60,422 nucleotides of DNA, filler included, from Globobulimina sp. (GCA_003354225.1; 14 parts of 14 records of this genome joined end to end with filler, not necessarily neighbours in it); one strand, 5' to 3'; counted from the first letter of the whole stretch, positions 45,905 to 56,453 are shown. A program made the numbers and translations. Notes: generated by a model not told the origin, from the letters alone.

Positions 45905-46172
45905 TGCCTCGGGAAGGATTCGAACCTTCATCAATCAGGATTGTGGTGACCAATAAGTGGCCGGATTGATTACAAGTTGTAATTCAAGTGTTTCAAGAAA
46001 TTATGCAGGCTGTATTCTCAAGAGAGATTTCCAGTATCTGTAGGTGCTAAATGAGTTAACACACTCAGATCTTGATGCTTTCACACCAACTCCTGCCAGG
46101 TAAGTTAAAGTGTTTTGGGTGCAATACAAAGATTGCAGACTGATGCTCTATCCAATATTGAGCTACCGAGAC
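45905..46172 (-). tRNA. tRNA-like gene with a ~192-nt insertion in the anticodon loop; nominal anticodon GCA but body resembles elongator tRNA-Met
   Basis: Acceptor GTCTCGG/CCGAGGC-A; D arm GCTC/GAGC; anticodon stem TCAG/CTGA; T arm GAAGG-TTCGAAT-CCTTC. Confidence 0.85.
45966..46106 (-). ncRNA. RNU1: U1 spliceosomal snRNA (divergent), nested inside the tRNA-like gene
   Basis: 5' AACTTACCTG; helix H GCAGG/CCTGC closes three stem-loops; Sm site ATAATTTCTTG; 3' stem-loop TTGAATTACA-ACT-TGTAATCAA. Confidence 0.85.
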
Positions 46173-46398
46173 GACATACTGTTTGCTCTTTGCTCTTGAC
46201 AACACACATAAACAGCTCAAATTATGTATGATGGTAATTATGGGATAAAAAAATCAAAATCCTAAAAAACGTTTTCTTTAAAAAGTCATTTTGCAGTTTT
46301 TAAACTTACTTAATTCCTAAGTTCCTAAAGTATCAAAAAACTGTCAGGAATTCATAAAAAACTACACCTACTTATTGAAAAACGAATTACCATTCCAG

Positions 46399-47436
46399 AT
46401 GATCAGACGAAGACCTCTTATGGCAGCTGCTGTGATCGGTGGAGCGTATGTGTTTTATAAATTACATCAAAAAAATATGACTATGCACTGGCAACACGCA
46501 GGCGGAGACCTGTTATGGCCGCAGCAGTTATTGGTGGAGGCAGAAGACGCAGAAGAAGGCGTGTAATTGCAACAGCAGGTGAGTGAGGCATCTATTATAC
46601 GAATTAGCTGTGAGATTTCAAACGTTAACACTTTAACAAACAGCAATAGCATCTTCAGTCGCACGATCTCGAGCAGAAGAACAACATCGACAACAGCAAC
46701 AACAACAACAAATGCAACAACAACAGTATGAAATTGAAAGACTTAAAGCCGAACAAAGAGCAAAAGAGAAAGCTGAGGCAAACCAACCAAGAATAATCTA
46801 TGTTCAAGCGCCACCCGTCGGACATACTGCGCAATGTGTTCAAAAACTAGCTGGTGTTAAGTAAAGTCACTACTATAAATTAATAATAAATTAATTACGA
46901 ATTACTTATAGAAATGATTTGAATTAATTACAAATTAATTAGGAATTAATTTATAAGTATTAAACCATTAAATTCTCTTTAATATATAGCATCAACAAAT
47001 TGAATATGTACCAAGCAATCAAGCACCACAAGTGCAGCAAGTGCAGGCTGTGCAGCAAGCAACACAACTACAGCAAGTGCAGCAAGCGCAGCAAGTTCAG
47101 CAAGTTCAGCAAGCGCAGCAAGTGCAGGCTGTACAGCAAATACAACCAATTGAACCAAAACCAAAAATAGTGTATGTACAGCAAGCAGCACCACCACCAC
47201 AAGTCGTGCCTGTGATGCAGGCACAGGCACAGCAGGCTGCAGCTGGTCAAGCACTAAGTACAGAGCAAAAGGATTATGTGCAACCAGAAGTAAAACCTAA
47301 GATAGTGTATATAGAAAAACAGGTGGAAAAAATAGTGTATGTGGATAGACCGCAGGAAACAGAAGCATTAATTGAAAAGCAAGAGGAAGCGCCTCCTCCT
47401 CCTCAAGAGAGCGATGGTTGTTGTATTGTGTTATAG
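46399..47436 (+). CDS. Four-exon Q/V/A-rich protein with KIVY repeats and C-terminal CCIVL prenylation signal
   Basis: GT-AG introns (about 46446-46501, 46579-46643, 46817-46989) link MIRRRPLMAAAVIGG to the QQVQ repeats and GCCIVL*. Confidence 0.6.
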
Positions 47437-47565
47437 TTATTTTATAAATCAAATCATTATTCTATNNNNNNNNNNNNNNNNNNNNNNNNNNNNNNNNNNN
47501 NNNNNNNNNTTAATTAATTAANNNNNNNNNNNNNNNNNNNNNNNNNNNNNNNNNNNNNNNNNNNN

Positions 47566-47899
47566 AAGACACCAAAATAGCTGTCCCGGACCATATTGTA
47601 ACGCCAATGGACAATCCGATGTATTTCATTGTTGCAAATAGTGTAACAGCTGAGATTGCTAAAAGGAAGCCACTGATAACACCTAAATAAGTAAATGTGA
47701 TGACCCATCCGGCCGCAATTGTTATTATATAGGTTAACATGGATGATATAATTACACCTAATATAAAATATAAATTGAATATCTGAGGATTTATGTTTGC
47801 TGCTTCAACTCGCGCTAATTTATTTAATGAAGAAAATGATCCATTGCATATCATTGATACTAATGATAATATTAAACCCCACCCAAAACTGACTGCCAT
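47566..47899 (-). CDS. TMEM144-like (DMT superfamily) transporter, 3'-partial
   Basis: SMICNGSF and KYIGLSIGVTIWSG motifs with several TM helices. Confidence 0.6.
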
Positions 47900-47958
47900 G
47901 TCACATAAGATTTTGATGCAGAACTTTTTGGTGAAGTCAGCAAAACAGAGAGATAATT

Positions 47959-48501
47959 ATGGCTGCTCCAAACGCAAACGTCGAGAACGCAATATGTGAG
48001 GAACGATCATCGTCGACTGTAGATGATCAAATATACTTAGATTATTTAGCAGCTATACAATGTGAACAACAAGAAATATTAAATGTATTCGGTGATTCAG
48101 AGGTAATAAATCGAATACAAATGGAACCCTTATTAACCGACACAGAAATAATGTCATTATTTGACAGTGGATATGATGTTGCTATGATTATTAAGGCTTA
48201 TCCTGAGTTTAAAATAGAAAAAATTAAACAATTAAAACGAAGCTGGTCTGATAAAAATCATAATCATAAAAAAAAGAAAAAAAAACAACACCACTACACT
48301 CACATGGAAGAAAAGGCAAATACAGAAACACAACAAACAAACACATTGACAGACATCAAAAATAAACAGAAACATACAAATTTGCATGAGATGGGCAATA
48401 ATGTTCAATGTGAATTGTGTTTGAAATGTTTTAAATCAGAACAGGGACTTAATGCTCATTTCCAAGCGAATGTAAACAATGTAATGCATGGTGCTATTTA
48501 G
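47959..48501 (+). CDS. Hypothetical protein with a C-terminal C2H2-like finger
   Basis: VQCELCLKCFKSEQGLNAH. Confidence 0.55.
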   Translation: MAAPNANVENAICEERSSSTVDDQIYLDYLAAIQCEQQEILNVFGDSEVINRIQMEPLLTDTEIMSLFDSGYDVAMIIKAYPEFKIEKIKQLKRSWSDKNHNHKKKKKKQHHYTHMEEKANTETQQTNTLTDIKNKQKHTNLHEMGNNVQCELCLKCFKSEQGLNAHFQANVNNVMHGAI

Positions 48502-48858
48502 AATATTGTTTTTAAATGCAAATGCAATCTAAATTTGTCATTATTAATTTTGTAAACACTTATGTTTAATTTCCGTTGTATATATTTTCGCTCGTCAATG
48601 ACAGCACTGTTTCCATCAAACAGTGTCTGAATTTAAAGTTATTTATCGTTCGGATTTCTTAGTAGTGCACGTACTATCATCGGATTTATATCGTTAATCG
48701 ATTTGATAAAAAAAAGTTAAATTTATACTAAAAAAAAAATAAATCAAAAAAAAAACGAACAAGCACACAAAATAAAATAATAAACGAAAATTAAAATTAA
48801 AAAAAAATTAAGAAAAAAAATATTAATAATTAATTTCCACAAATGATAGCCATTTATT

Positions 48859-50720
48859 CTACACACAAATGCCTTCACCGGGCGCAGCAAACACACACAT
48901 CTTTGAACAACAATCCGTTGCCGCCGCACAAGCATCATACGCCATCATACAAGTTGGGGGCGAGGGCAAACACTGCGTAATATCCCATCTACAGCGGCCC
49001 TGTTCTCCCAAACACCCGACTTCATTTGTCCACAGCCAACAGGTTCCTTGCCATTGTTGAAAATTTGGCAAACTCGTCACACAACAAAAATTTGCGCCGG
49101 ATGGATAACTTGGATATTGCGGCTGCGTCGCAACGGGCGGACTGGGACTTGGATGAACCACCACGGGTCCATTTGGAGCCTGAACCGGAGGAAGATAACC
49201 TTGAACATTACTGCATAAAAAGCGTTTTTAGCGCTATAAAATATACCAAAATCAAAGCAAGACCTAACTTAAACGCCTGTGGTGTAGACGGCGGACAACC
49301 ACTTCCAATGCATTCGAATGCCATTCCAGGAGTAATTTCAGCATTCGCTAATAAAAAAAACTGAGCACCACCATTACACGCATCCGGTTGACCATTGCAC
49401 TCCAGTCTGCCGACACCATTTCCATACTTAAATACTGGATTACCTTTACATGCTTCCATCCCATTACAAATCACCGTCATATCCGTTCCAGATTGTCCAT
49501 TGAATCCAACTTCGCCCTCACACGCTTTAGCACCGTTGCAATGCACCGTTAACGAGGAACCCGTTGGGCCCACCACAGACGCCCCACCACTGCACGCCTC
49601 CTCTGCAGTGCATGTAACAGTGCATGGAAAGCCGGGATTGTTACATTCAATGATCCCGTCTTTGCAAGCATCAGCTCCACCGTCGCAACTAAAACACGTA
49701 TAAGTTATATAAACCTCAACAAATACACATATTAAAGTAACTCAACATAATATTACATGCACCCTTAGTGCCCGCAGGACATCCACAGTTTCCAGGATCG
49801 GAACAAGTTCTCGTGACCGGACCAGCAGCGTTGTTGCTGTACATATGTTAATTTTTATGGTTTGCAAACACTGTTTTGTATGCTTGTAAACCCATAAATA
49901 CCTGAATGGTGTTTGGGCAGTTTGAGGAATATCAGGCGGACAGAAGGCGCCCATACAACTGATCGGTGTATTTGGGTACAAATTGAGCGAAGCTCCTTGA
50001 CAGGATTCGGGATCGCCAGTACACGAAATTACGCCGCGACCATATCCGAAAAAAAAAACCCCTTCGGCGCAGGACACAGGCCCTTGGCAGGAGACTTGTA
50101 AATCTTTTCCAAAGAGGCCATTGAAAGTCGTACCACCTTCGCATGAAAACTCGCCAATGCAATTGACAGTCAATGAGCCATCCATTGGGCCATTGATAAC
50201 AGTGGCACCTTCGCAGGCGGTCTCCGATACGCAGTCTACGGTACAGTCGAATCCATTGTTGTTGCAATTAATCGTTTGTTCCACGCAGGCGTCGACTCCA
50301 TCGCAACTATTTTTTTTTTCCGTGGTGTGTACATGTTGTATTGTTTGTGTACACGTAGGGTTTTGTTGTGCGCATTGAACACTTAACGTTATTATGCATG
50401 GTCCTTGATGTCCTGTGGGACATTGACATGGTTCAGGTCCTGAACAGGTCACCACTGCGGTGTTGGGTGCGTTTGGTGTGGGCGGAGTGAATGTGTTTGT
50501 GTGTGGCGCCTTTGTTGTGGTGGTGGTGGTCGGTGCCGTATTGATAGGAGCATAACACGCACAATTACCAGATTGAGTGACTGGGTCATAATTAAGGACA
50601 TAGGGTGCTGGACATGATACGTATGGATTGCAGGCACAATTACAGCCTCCGACAAAGTAACCACTTGCGTCTAATACCGCATTCATTCGAACTTGTCCAA
50701 TTTCGGGACATGATTTATAC
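48859..50720 (-). CDS. Multi-exon cysteine-rich extracellular protein with CxGxxAC repeats; 5' end unresolved
   Basis: Repeated VxCxGxxACxG units across ORFs 49742-50686 and 49208-49576, ending in the Cys-rich ORF 48859-49164; exons separated by short AT-rich introns; T/P linker. Confidence 0.65.
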
Positions 50721-52184
50721 TGAATATGATATGATATTATATTAAGTTTATATACATAATTATTTTGATGAAAGGTTTGTCATTTTTTTTGCAGAATATA
50801 GCAAATTAGATATCATAGATATTTACTAAACAAAACATCCTTCGCCTGTTTGGGCGTCCAATGTATTGAATAAAACAAATGATAGTATGGATAAACATGT
50901 GATTTGAGAACCCATGTATGTCTGCTTTGTGTTTTGATTGTTTTTGAGTGGGAAGTAAAGGTTGCACTGAAACAAATGATATTTGTGAAAAATAGCCATT
51001 GAAATAATACATTAAAAACAAAAATGCCCAGAATCGAATTAAGTTTATTCTGTCATTACAACAACGCGGTGCTTTATTCTTTGTAATGTATAAATATCCA
51101 ACAAACATTGAATGAATAGCAACAAATACACCTCTTCCAATTAAATATTCCCGACCAAGAAATACATCCACTTTGAAGAATCGTCCATTTTTGTACGTGA
51201 ACAAAATAAATGACAACCAATGCACAGGAAATGTATCACCACAACAAATACCATTACAAATGGTAGTACCCCATCAATACCAACATGTCATGTGCATGCA
51301 AATCAAACTCAGCTTCTTCGTCTGTTCAGTCCGGCAGTAGGGATGACCACACTGACAGTTTCGTCATTTTTATGATAATAAACTCAATTTTGATAATTGA
51401 CATTCTTTGCATGTAAACAAATTTTGATGGCGGTAAACAATAAGTATAAATCCGGTGTTATTGCGCTAATAATAATATGTGATGATAGCTTAAAGAAAGC
51501 AGCTTATGAACATGATTTGGGTTCAAATCCCAATCATCACTTTTATTATTTTTATTTTTATTTTATTCTAAAGCAGTTGATAAAAACAACAAAAATTCAA
51601 ATGTCACTTTTTTTTTTTTATCTTCATTTAAATTTTACAAATTATTATTCGTGTTTCGTTCCATCCAGGATACATTTCAAGAATTTCTTCATCCGTATCA
51701 AAATAATTTGAATTAAATAATAATGGTTCCTCAATATTTGATGGCGGATTGGCATCACGAACATGTAAACATTGATTATATTCATNNNNNNNNNNNNNNN
51801 NNNNNNNNNNNNNNNNNNNNNNNNNNNNNTTAATTAATTAANNNNNNNNNNNNNNNNNNNNNNNNNNNNNNNNNNNNNNNNNNNNGGTTTAAAAGCAATC
51901 TCAAAAACAACAGGCGATTTTAGACAAAAAAGCAAAAAAAAAGCAAACAGAAATCACAGATATAGCCATTGGACGTCGTGTGGAGCATATTGGGATTGAT
52001 TAAAATTGGATTTAAAATTAAAAAAATCAACATTCACCTCAAAACCATTGCAATCACCATTAATAATCCTAACAATAAAATCAAAACGTATATTCATTAT
52101 TATATTTCCATTTTAGTGTTACTCTTAAAGTTTTTGATTTTTATAATCAAAACTTCAAGCTTTTTCTTTTCGCCTTTACAATAA

Positions 52185-52223
52185 AAGTGTGAATCAGTCC
52201 AAATTGGACGAAACTAGTCACTT
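52185..52223 (+). ncRNA. Minimal type I hammerhead ribozyme candidate with variant core
   Basis: AAGT-GTGAATCA-GTCCA(AAT)TGGAC-GAA-ACTAGT-C-ACTT gives stem I, core, stem II, GAAA, palindromic stem III and a GUC cleavage triplet. Confidence 0.65.
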
Positions 52224-52467
52224 ATTTAATAAATTTAATTGTTTTATTATTCCGTTGCTGAGTGATATCTCGTAGCCAAACTTGATCCCTACTTTCGTAT
52301 ATCTACCCGTGTTGGTTTACGCCTCCCCTCTTATCCATTCGTTGGAAATTACCTCAACAATTACTATTTGGAATTTACATTTCAAATTACCTGAATCATC
52401 AAAGATTTAACCATCAAATTAACTACCTTTGAATTTTAAACATTTTTAAATTTCATTGTCATCAAAC

Positions 52468-53733
52468 ATGTACAAAATACAATTTAATCAAAACAGAAAT
52501 AACAACAACAACAACAACAAAAATAATAATAATGATAATGAGCAAATTCAAGAAATTGATATTTTACGTGAATTGCCACGAAAACGTTCGAGGCAAACAT
52601 TTGCATCAAATCAAATTCATACAAATCCGGCTCAGTTATCCAATGAAAATACAATTATTATTGATAAATTCAAGCAATTTTTAGAGCGCGATATTGTTAT
52701 TAATGACAAATTAATCGACAACAAATTGCATCCAATTTTACAAGTCGCCATGAAATATATTTCGAAATTTCAAGCTAAGCGCGTAGCCGCCGTCAAATAT
52801 GTCGATAAAATATCAAATGCCCTCAATACGCATACTGTGGAAAATGCGTTTAAAGGCAAATACGATAAATATCCATACTGGACAAGCTTTAAAAACAACA
52901 GATTCCAATTATCGCATCCTTTGATACAAGAAAAATTGAACAAGGCATTACATAAAATGAACTATGATCAAAATATCGAAGTATTAAAAGTTGTGCAATC
53001 TCATTTATTCGAAATTAATACCGTTTATATGGGAGATTTAAAAGTAATTATAAATCACGCCATTAATGAGCTGAAAAAATGGTGTTGGTTACAATGCGAA
53101 TTCTCGACACAGAAAAAAACGCATAATTACTCTATTAATGTCTCCTTAGACGATGACGATCAGTCAATCATTGATAATCATATGAAAAATAAATATGGTG
53201 ATACTTATCAATTGAATCAAAAGCGTATGTTTTTAGAGAATGTAAGCAATAATATTCAATTTCATATGAATAAAAACAGTGATATTTACATTAATCCTTC
53301 GATTGACCCAATTTACATTAAAGGCGCAAACAATTTAATTAAATTCAAAAATAATAACAATAAAAAAGATCCTCTCAAAAAACATCCAGTCAAAAACCGT
53401 AAACCGAAGAAAAACAAATACAAAAACAACCAGAATTATAATAATAAAAATAATAAATTTGGTAAAAACACAAAAAACATTTTTACTAAAAATTTCAAAA
53501 ACGGTAAAAATGGTAAAAACGGCAGAAACGGTAAAAACGGTAAAAACAAGAAATCATTCAAAAATAAAAAACATTTCAGTGAATTGTCCGACAAACAGAA
53601 ATTCGGAAATTATAACATGGATTTTATTAATTTAGCACCGTCATTACGTCCATTAGGCATTCGCTTAAATGATAACTCCGAAAATGTAATCATTGAATCG
53701 CAATCCGATGATGATATGTCGAACAATCCATGA
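52468..53733 (+). CDS. Retroelement ORF1 with a helical region and a K/N-rich basic tail with (NGK)n repeats
   Basis: 421-aa ORF from the first ATG; same frame as the RT, separated by one TGA. Confidence 0.7.
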   Translation: MYKIQFNQNRNNNNNNNKNNNNDNEQIQEIDILRELPRKRSRQTFASNQIHTNPAQLSNENTIIIDKFKQFLERDIVINDKLIDNKLHPILQVAMKYISKFQAKRVAAVKYVDKISNALNTHTVENAFKGKYDKYPYWTSFKNNRFQLSHPLIQEKLNKALHKMNYDQNIEVLKVVQSHLFEINTVYMGDLKVIINHAINELKKWCWLQCEFSTQKKTHNYSINVSLDDDDQSIIDNHMKNKYGDTYQLNQKRMFLENVSNNIQFHMNKNSDIYINPSIDPIYIKGANNLIKFKNNNNKKDPLKKHPVKNRKPKKNKYKNNQNYNNKNNKFGKNTKNIFTKNFKNGKNGKNGRNGKNGKNKKSFKNKKHFSELSDKQKFGNYNMDFINLAPSLRPLGIRLNDNSENVIIESQSDDDMSNNP

Positions 53734-55809
53734 CAATCAAACCATGTTCGTTTGTCAAGATCCGGATTATATAAATCACGGACTCCTCCTCCTCAATCTC
53801 GTAATAAATACAAGGAATACAGAAAAATGAAGCGCGTGTTTCCTAAATCTGTATTTAACAAAACCGAGTATCAAACAATTCCGTACATTGTAAAGGTTAT
53901 AGCTCACAAAGGCCGTGGATACACATTAGATAATCCATGCATTGGTACTTGGGCTAAAAACCTAAAACGCTCAAAAACAAGTTTCAAAGCGAGATTAACC
54001 AAATCATTTAACACAATTTATGATAATAAGAGAAACGCTTTGGATGAACTAAAAAATGCATATAATTTTTTAGACATCAAACTAAAATCACATATTTTTA
54101 ACAAAAAAGCCAAATGGTTTTTTAATAAGAATTATTATGTGATTCGTCAAAATACCACCATCGCAGTACGCGGCTTATTATTTCAGTTAAAAAAGAATAA
54201 ATTTACATTGATTGAATCAGATAAAAAGATGGGAAGTATTTATATCGATATCTGTGTGGTCGATGACGACGTATTAAAGTTTTTAAACAGTAAACAATTT
54301 GTACCAATTTATGCAACGGAACAAGCAATATCTAAACAAATAGCTATTTCGTCAAAATCGCTCATAAATGATCATTATAATCATTTTAAGCATAAATGGA
54401 ACAATGACAGAGTTTTTAATGTCTGGCGCAAAATGTATGACAGTGACAAAGTATTAAATTTGCCGAAAATCCGTCCTATGATGAAACTGCATAAACCGGG
54501 CTGGCGTTTTATTTTTAATCCCGGCAATTTTTATACATTATTTATGTCGTTCGAAGCAGGAAATATTTGCGAAGATATTTTATTACTATTTCAAGAAAAA
54601 AACAATTTGCATATTGTCCTAAATAACTCATTTGAACTCATGAGCTGTTACAAGAAAATCAATAATCAAAATGATAAATTTTTGAATACCGATCGATTTT
54701 TCTATGATTCTGATGTTGTATCAATGTACGATTCAATGATTATTGATCAATGCATTGAAATATTGAATTATATACAAACAAAATTAGATTATAATCAATT
54801 TAAATTTGATTTTTTGATTGACACATTATTCTATTTTAGAGACAATACATACATTAAATACAAAGATTGGATCAGAAAAATGGTGATAGGTTTAGGAACT
54901 GGGAATTCTCATTCCGGTCCTTTAGCAAATCTATGTTTATACGGATATGAAGTTAAGAATTTAAGCGTGTTTTTGCACGCAATCAACGCCGAAACATTTT
55001 GTGATATTACTTTACGTAAACGGTACATCGATGATAAAAAAACTATTATCGATGTCGATGATGATCAATTTGCAGACGACGTTGTAAAATTAGATTATTT
55101 AAACAAAATATCCATTGCTTTAAATGACATATATCCCATTAACTTAGTATTAAAAACCAAATTTGCAAAACGTGCTATTTATTTAGATACATATTCAATT
55201 ATTTGCCATCAAACAAATCGAATCGTATCATTTATGCATGAAAAGCCATTAAATTTGCATATTAATCTACATTTTCATTCAAATAATCCATTTAATCAAA
55301 AAGAAAGTATTTTTTACTCATTTTTATTCAGAAGTATCTGTTTAAATGATAGCGTCGTAAAACATAAAGGTTTTACGAAAAAATTGATAAAAAGAATGAA
55401 AAATAGAGATTTTCCACCTGCCGTTATCAGGAAAATACTCTCAAATCGAAAATTGCCTCAATATATAAATAGAGATAAATACTTAGAAAAATTAGAAAAG
55501 AATAGACTGGAAAAGTATTATCGCAAATTATTAAAAGTATACAATGAAAATATTTGGGGCCAAGAATCTAAGTTTATTAACAACGAAAAATTAGAATATA
55601 TCAACAATTTATACATTGATAATGAAGAAATAGATGACGTAAAAACGGTATATTTTAAAAAAGTATACCAACAGTTATTTGATGACGACAATCGATACAG
55701 AGAAATATTAAAACAATTTAAAGAATATTTGCCATCAGATTTCGCAGAAAATATTAAGTTATCTATCTGCAATCAAACAGGAGATAAATTAATGAGATAT
55801 TTAAACTAA
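53734..55809 (+). CDS. Penelope-like reverse transcriptase
   Basis: ESDKKMG, MKLHKPG, DVVSMYD (A), GLGTGNSHSGPLANL (B), RYIDD (C), YLD, and EKPLN...LHFHSNNP...KESI...R (PLE thumb). Confidence 0.9.
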   Translation, partial: QSNHVRLSRSGLYKSRTPPPQSRNKYKEYRKMKRVFPKSVFNKTEYQTIPYIVKVIAHKGRGYTLDNPCIGTWAKNLKRSKTSFKARLTKSFNTIYDNKRNALDELKNAYNFLDIKLKSHIFNKKAKWFFNKNYYVIRQNTTIAVRGLLFQLKKNKFTLIESDKKMGSIYIDICVVDDDVLKFLNSKQFVPIYATEQAISKQIAISSKSLINDHYNHFKHKWNNDRVFNVWRKMYDSDKVLNLPKIRPMMKLHKPGWRFIFNPGNFYTLFMSFEAGNICEDILLLFQEKNNLHIVLNNSFELMSCYKKINNQNDKFLNTDRFFYDSDVVSMYDSMIIDQCIEILNYIQTKLDYNQFKFDFLIDTLFYFRDNTYIKYKDWIRKMVIGLGTGNSHSGPLANLCLYGYEVKNLSVFLHAINAETFCDITLRKRYIDDKKTIIDVDDDQFADDVVKLDYLNKISIALNDIYPINLVLKTKFAKRAIYLDTYSIICHQTNRIVSFMHEKPLNLHINLHFHSNNPFNQKESIFYSFLFRSICLNDSVVKHKGFTKKLIKRMKNRDFPPAVIRKILSNRKLPQYINRDKYLEKLEKNRLEKYYRKLLKVYNENIWGQESKFINNEKLEYINNLYIDNEEIDDVKTVYFKKVYQQLFDDDNRYREILKQFKEYLPSDFAENIKLSICNQTGDKLMRYLN

Positions 55810-56453
55810 GTTTTTATTTTTTCATTTCTATCTTTATTCTTTTACCTTTTTACTTTCAATTTTGTCTTTTTGACACATTATAAAATTCACTTTTTGTGTC
55901 TTTTTATTTTATAATGAATTGATTAACGAATACCTTTTTTGTTTACAATTTTTATTTATATATTTTTTAATTTGTTTTATAATATATACATAGCAAAAAT
56001 ATCTTTCGTTATTATAAATATTATCAATCATAGTTTTATTATATTTTTATTTTTGTGTTTTGTTTTGATTGGTTATATTTTTTCTTTTATGTTTCCATTT
56101 TAGTNNNNNNNNNNNNNNNNNNNNNNNNNNNNNNNNNNNNNNNNNNNNTTAATTAATTAANNNNNNNNNNNNNNNNNNNNNNNNNNNNNNNNNNNNNNNN
56201 NNNNAAATACAAAGCAAATATATTTTTGCAAGTGACAAAAAAAATATGTAATAAAGCATATTATTTGTATGGATCGATTTTATATTTTTAATTATTAATA
56301 TATAGCGCCGCCATACCAATATTATAAAACTGCAAGTGGTTATCCACCCAGTTACCCATCACCATATTATACATTCTATGAGGTTCAGTATCCATTTTTT
56401 ATACAGTATATAATTACAATTAATTATGTTTCATTGTTTGTAAATATTATAAG

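Larger units (their letters stand above)
51886..56104 (+). mobile_element. Penelope-like retroelement without an endonuclease domain (5' UTR hammerhead candidate, ORF1, RT, T-rich 3' region)
   Basis: PLE-type RT motifs in 53734-55809; intronless; hammerhead-like motif at 52185-52223; no GIY-YIG motif seen. Confidence 0.8.

Noticed and set aside
52257-52276. GCTGAG-TGATAT-CTCGTAGC hairpin in the PLE leader as a second ribozyme
   Set aside because: A simple stem-loop; hammerhead core elements are not in the required order.
53730-53746. ATG overlapping the ORF1 stop (ATGA) or ATG at 53744 as the RT start
   Set aside because: Both ATGs are out of frame with the RT.
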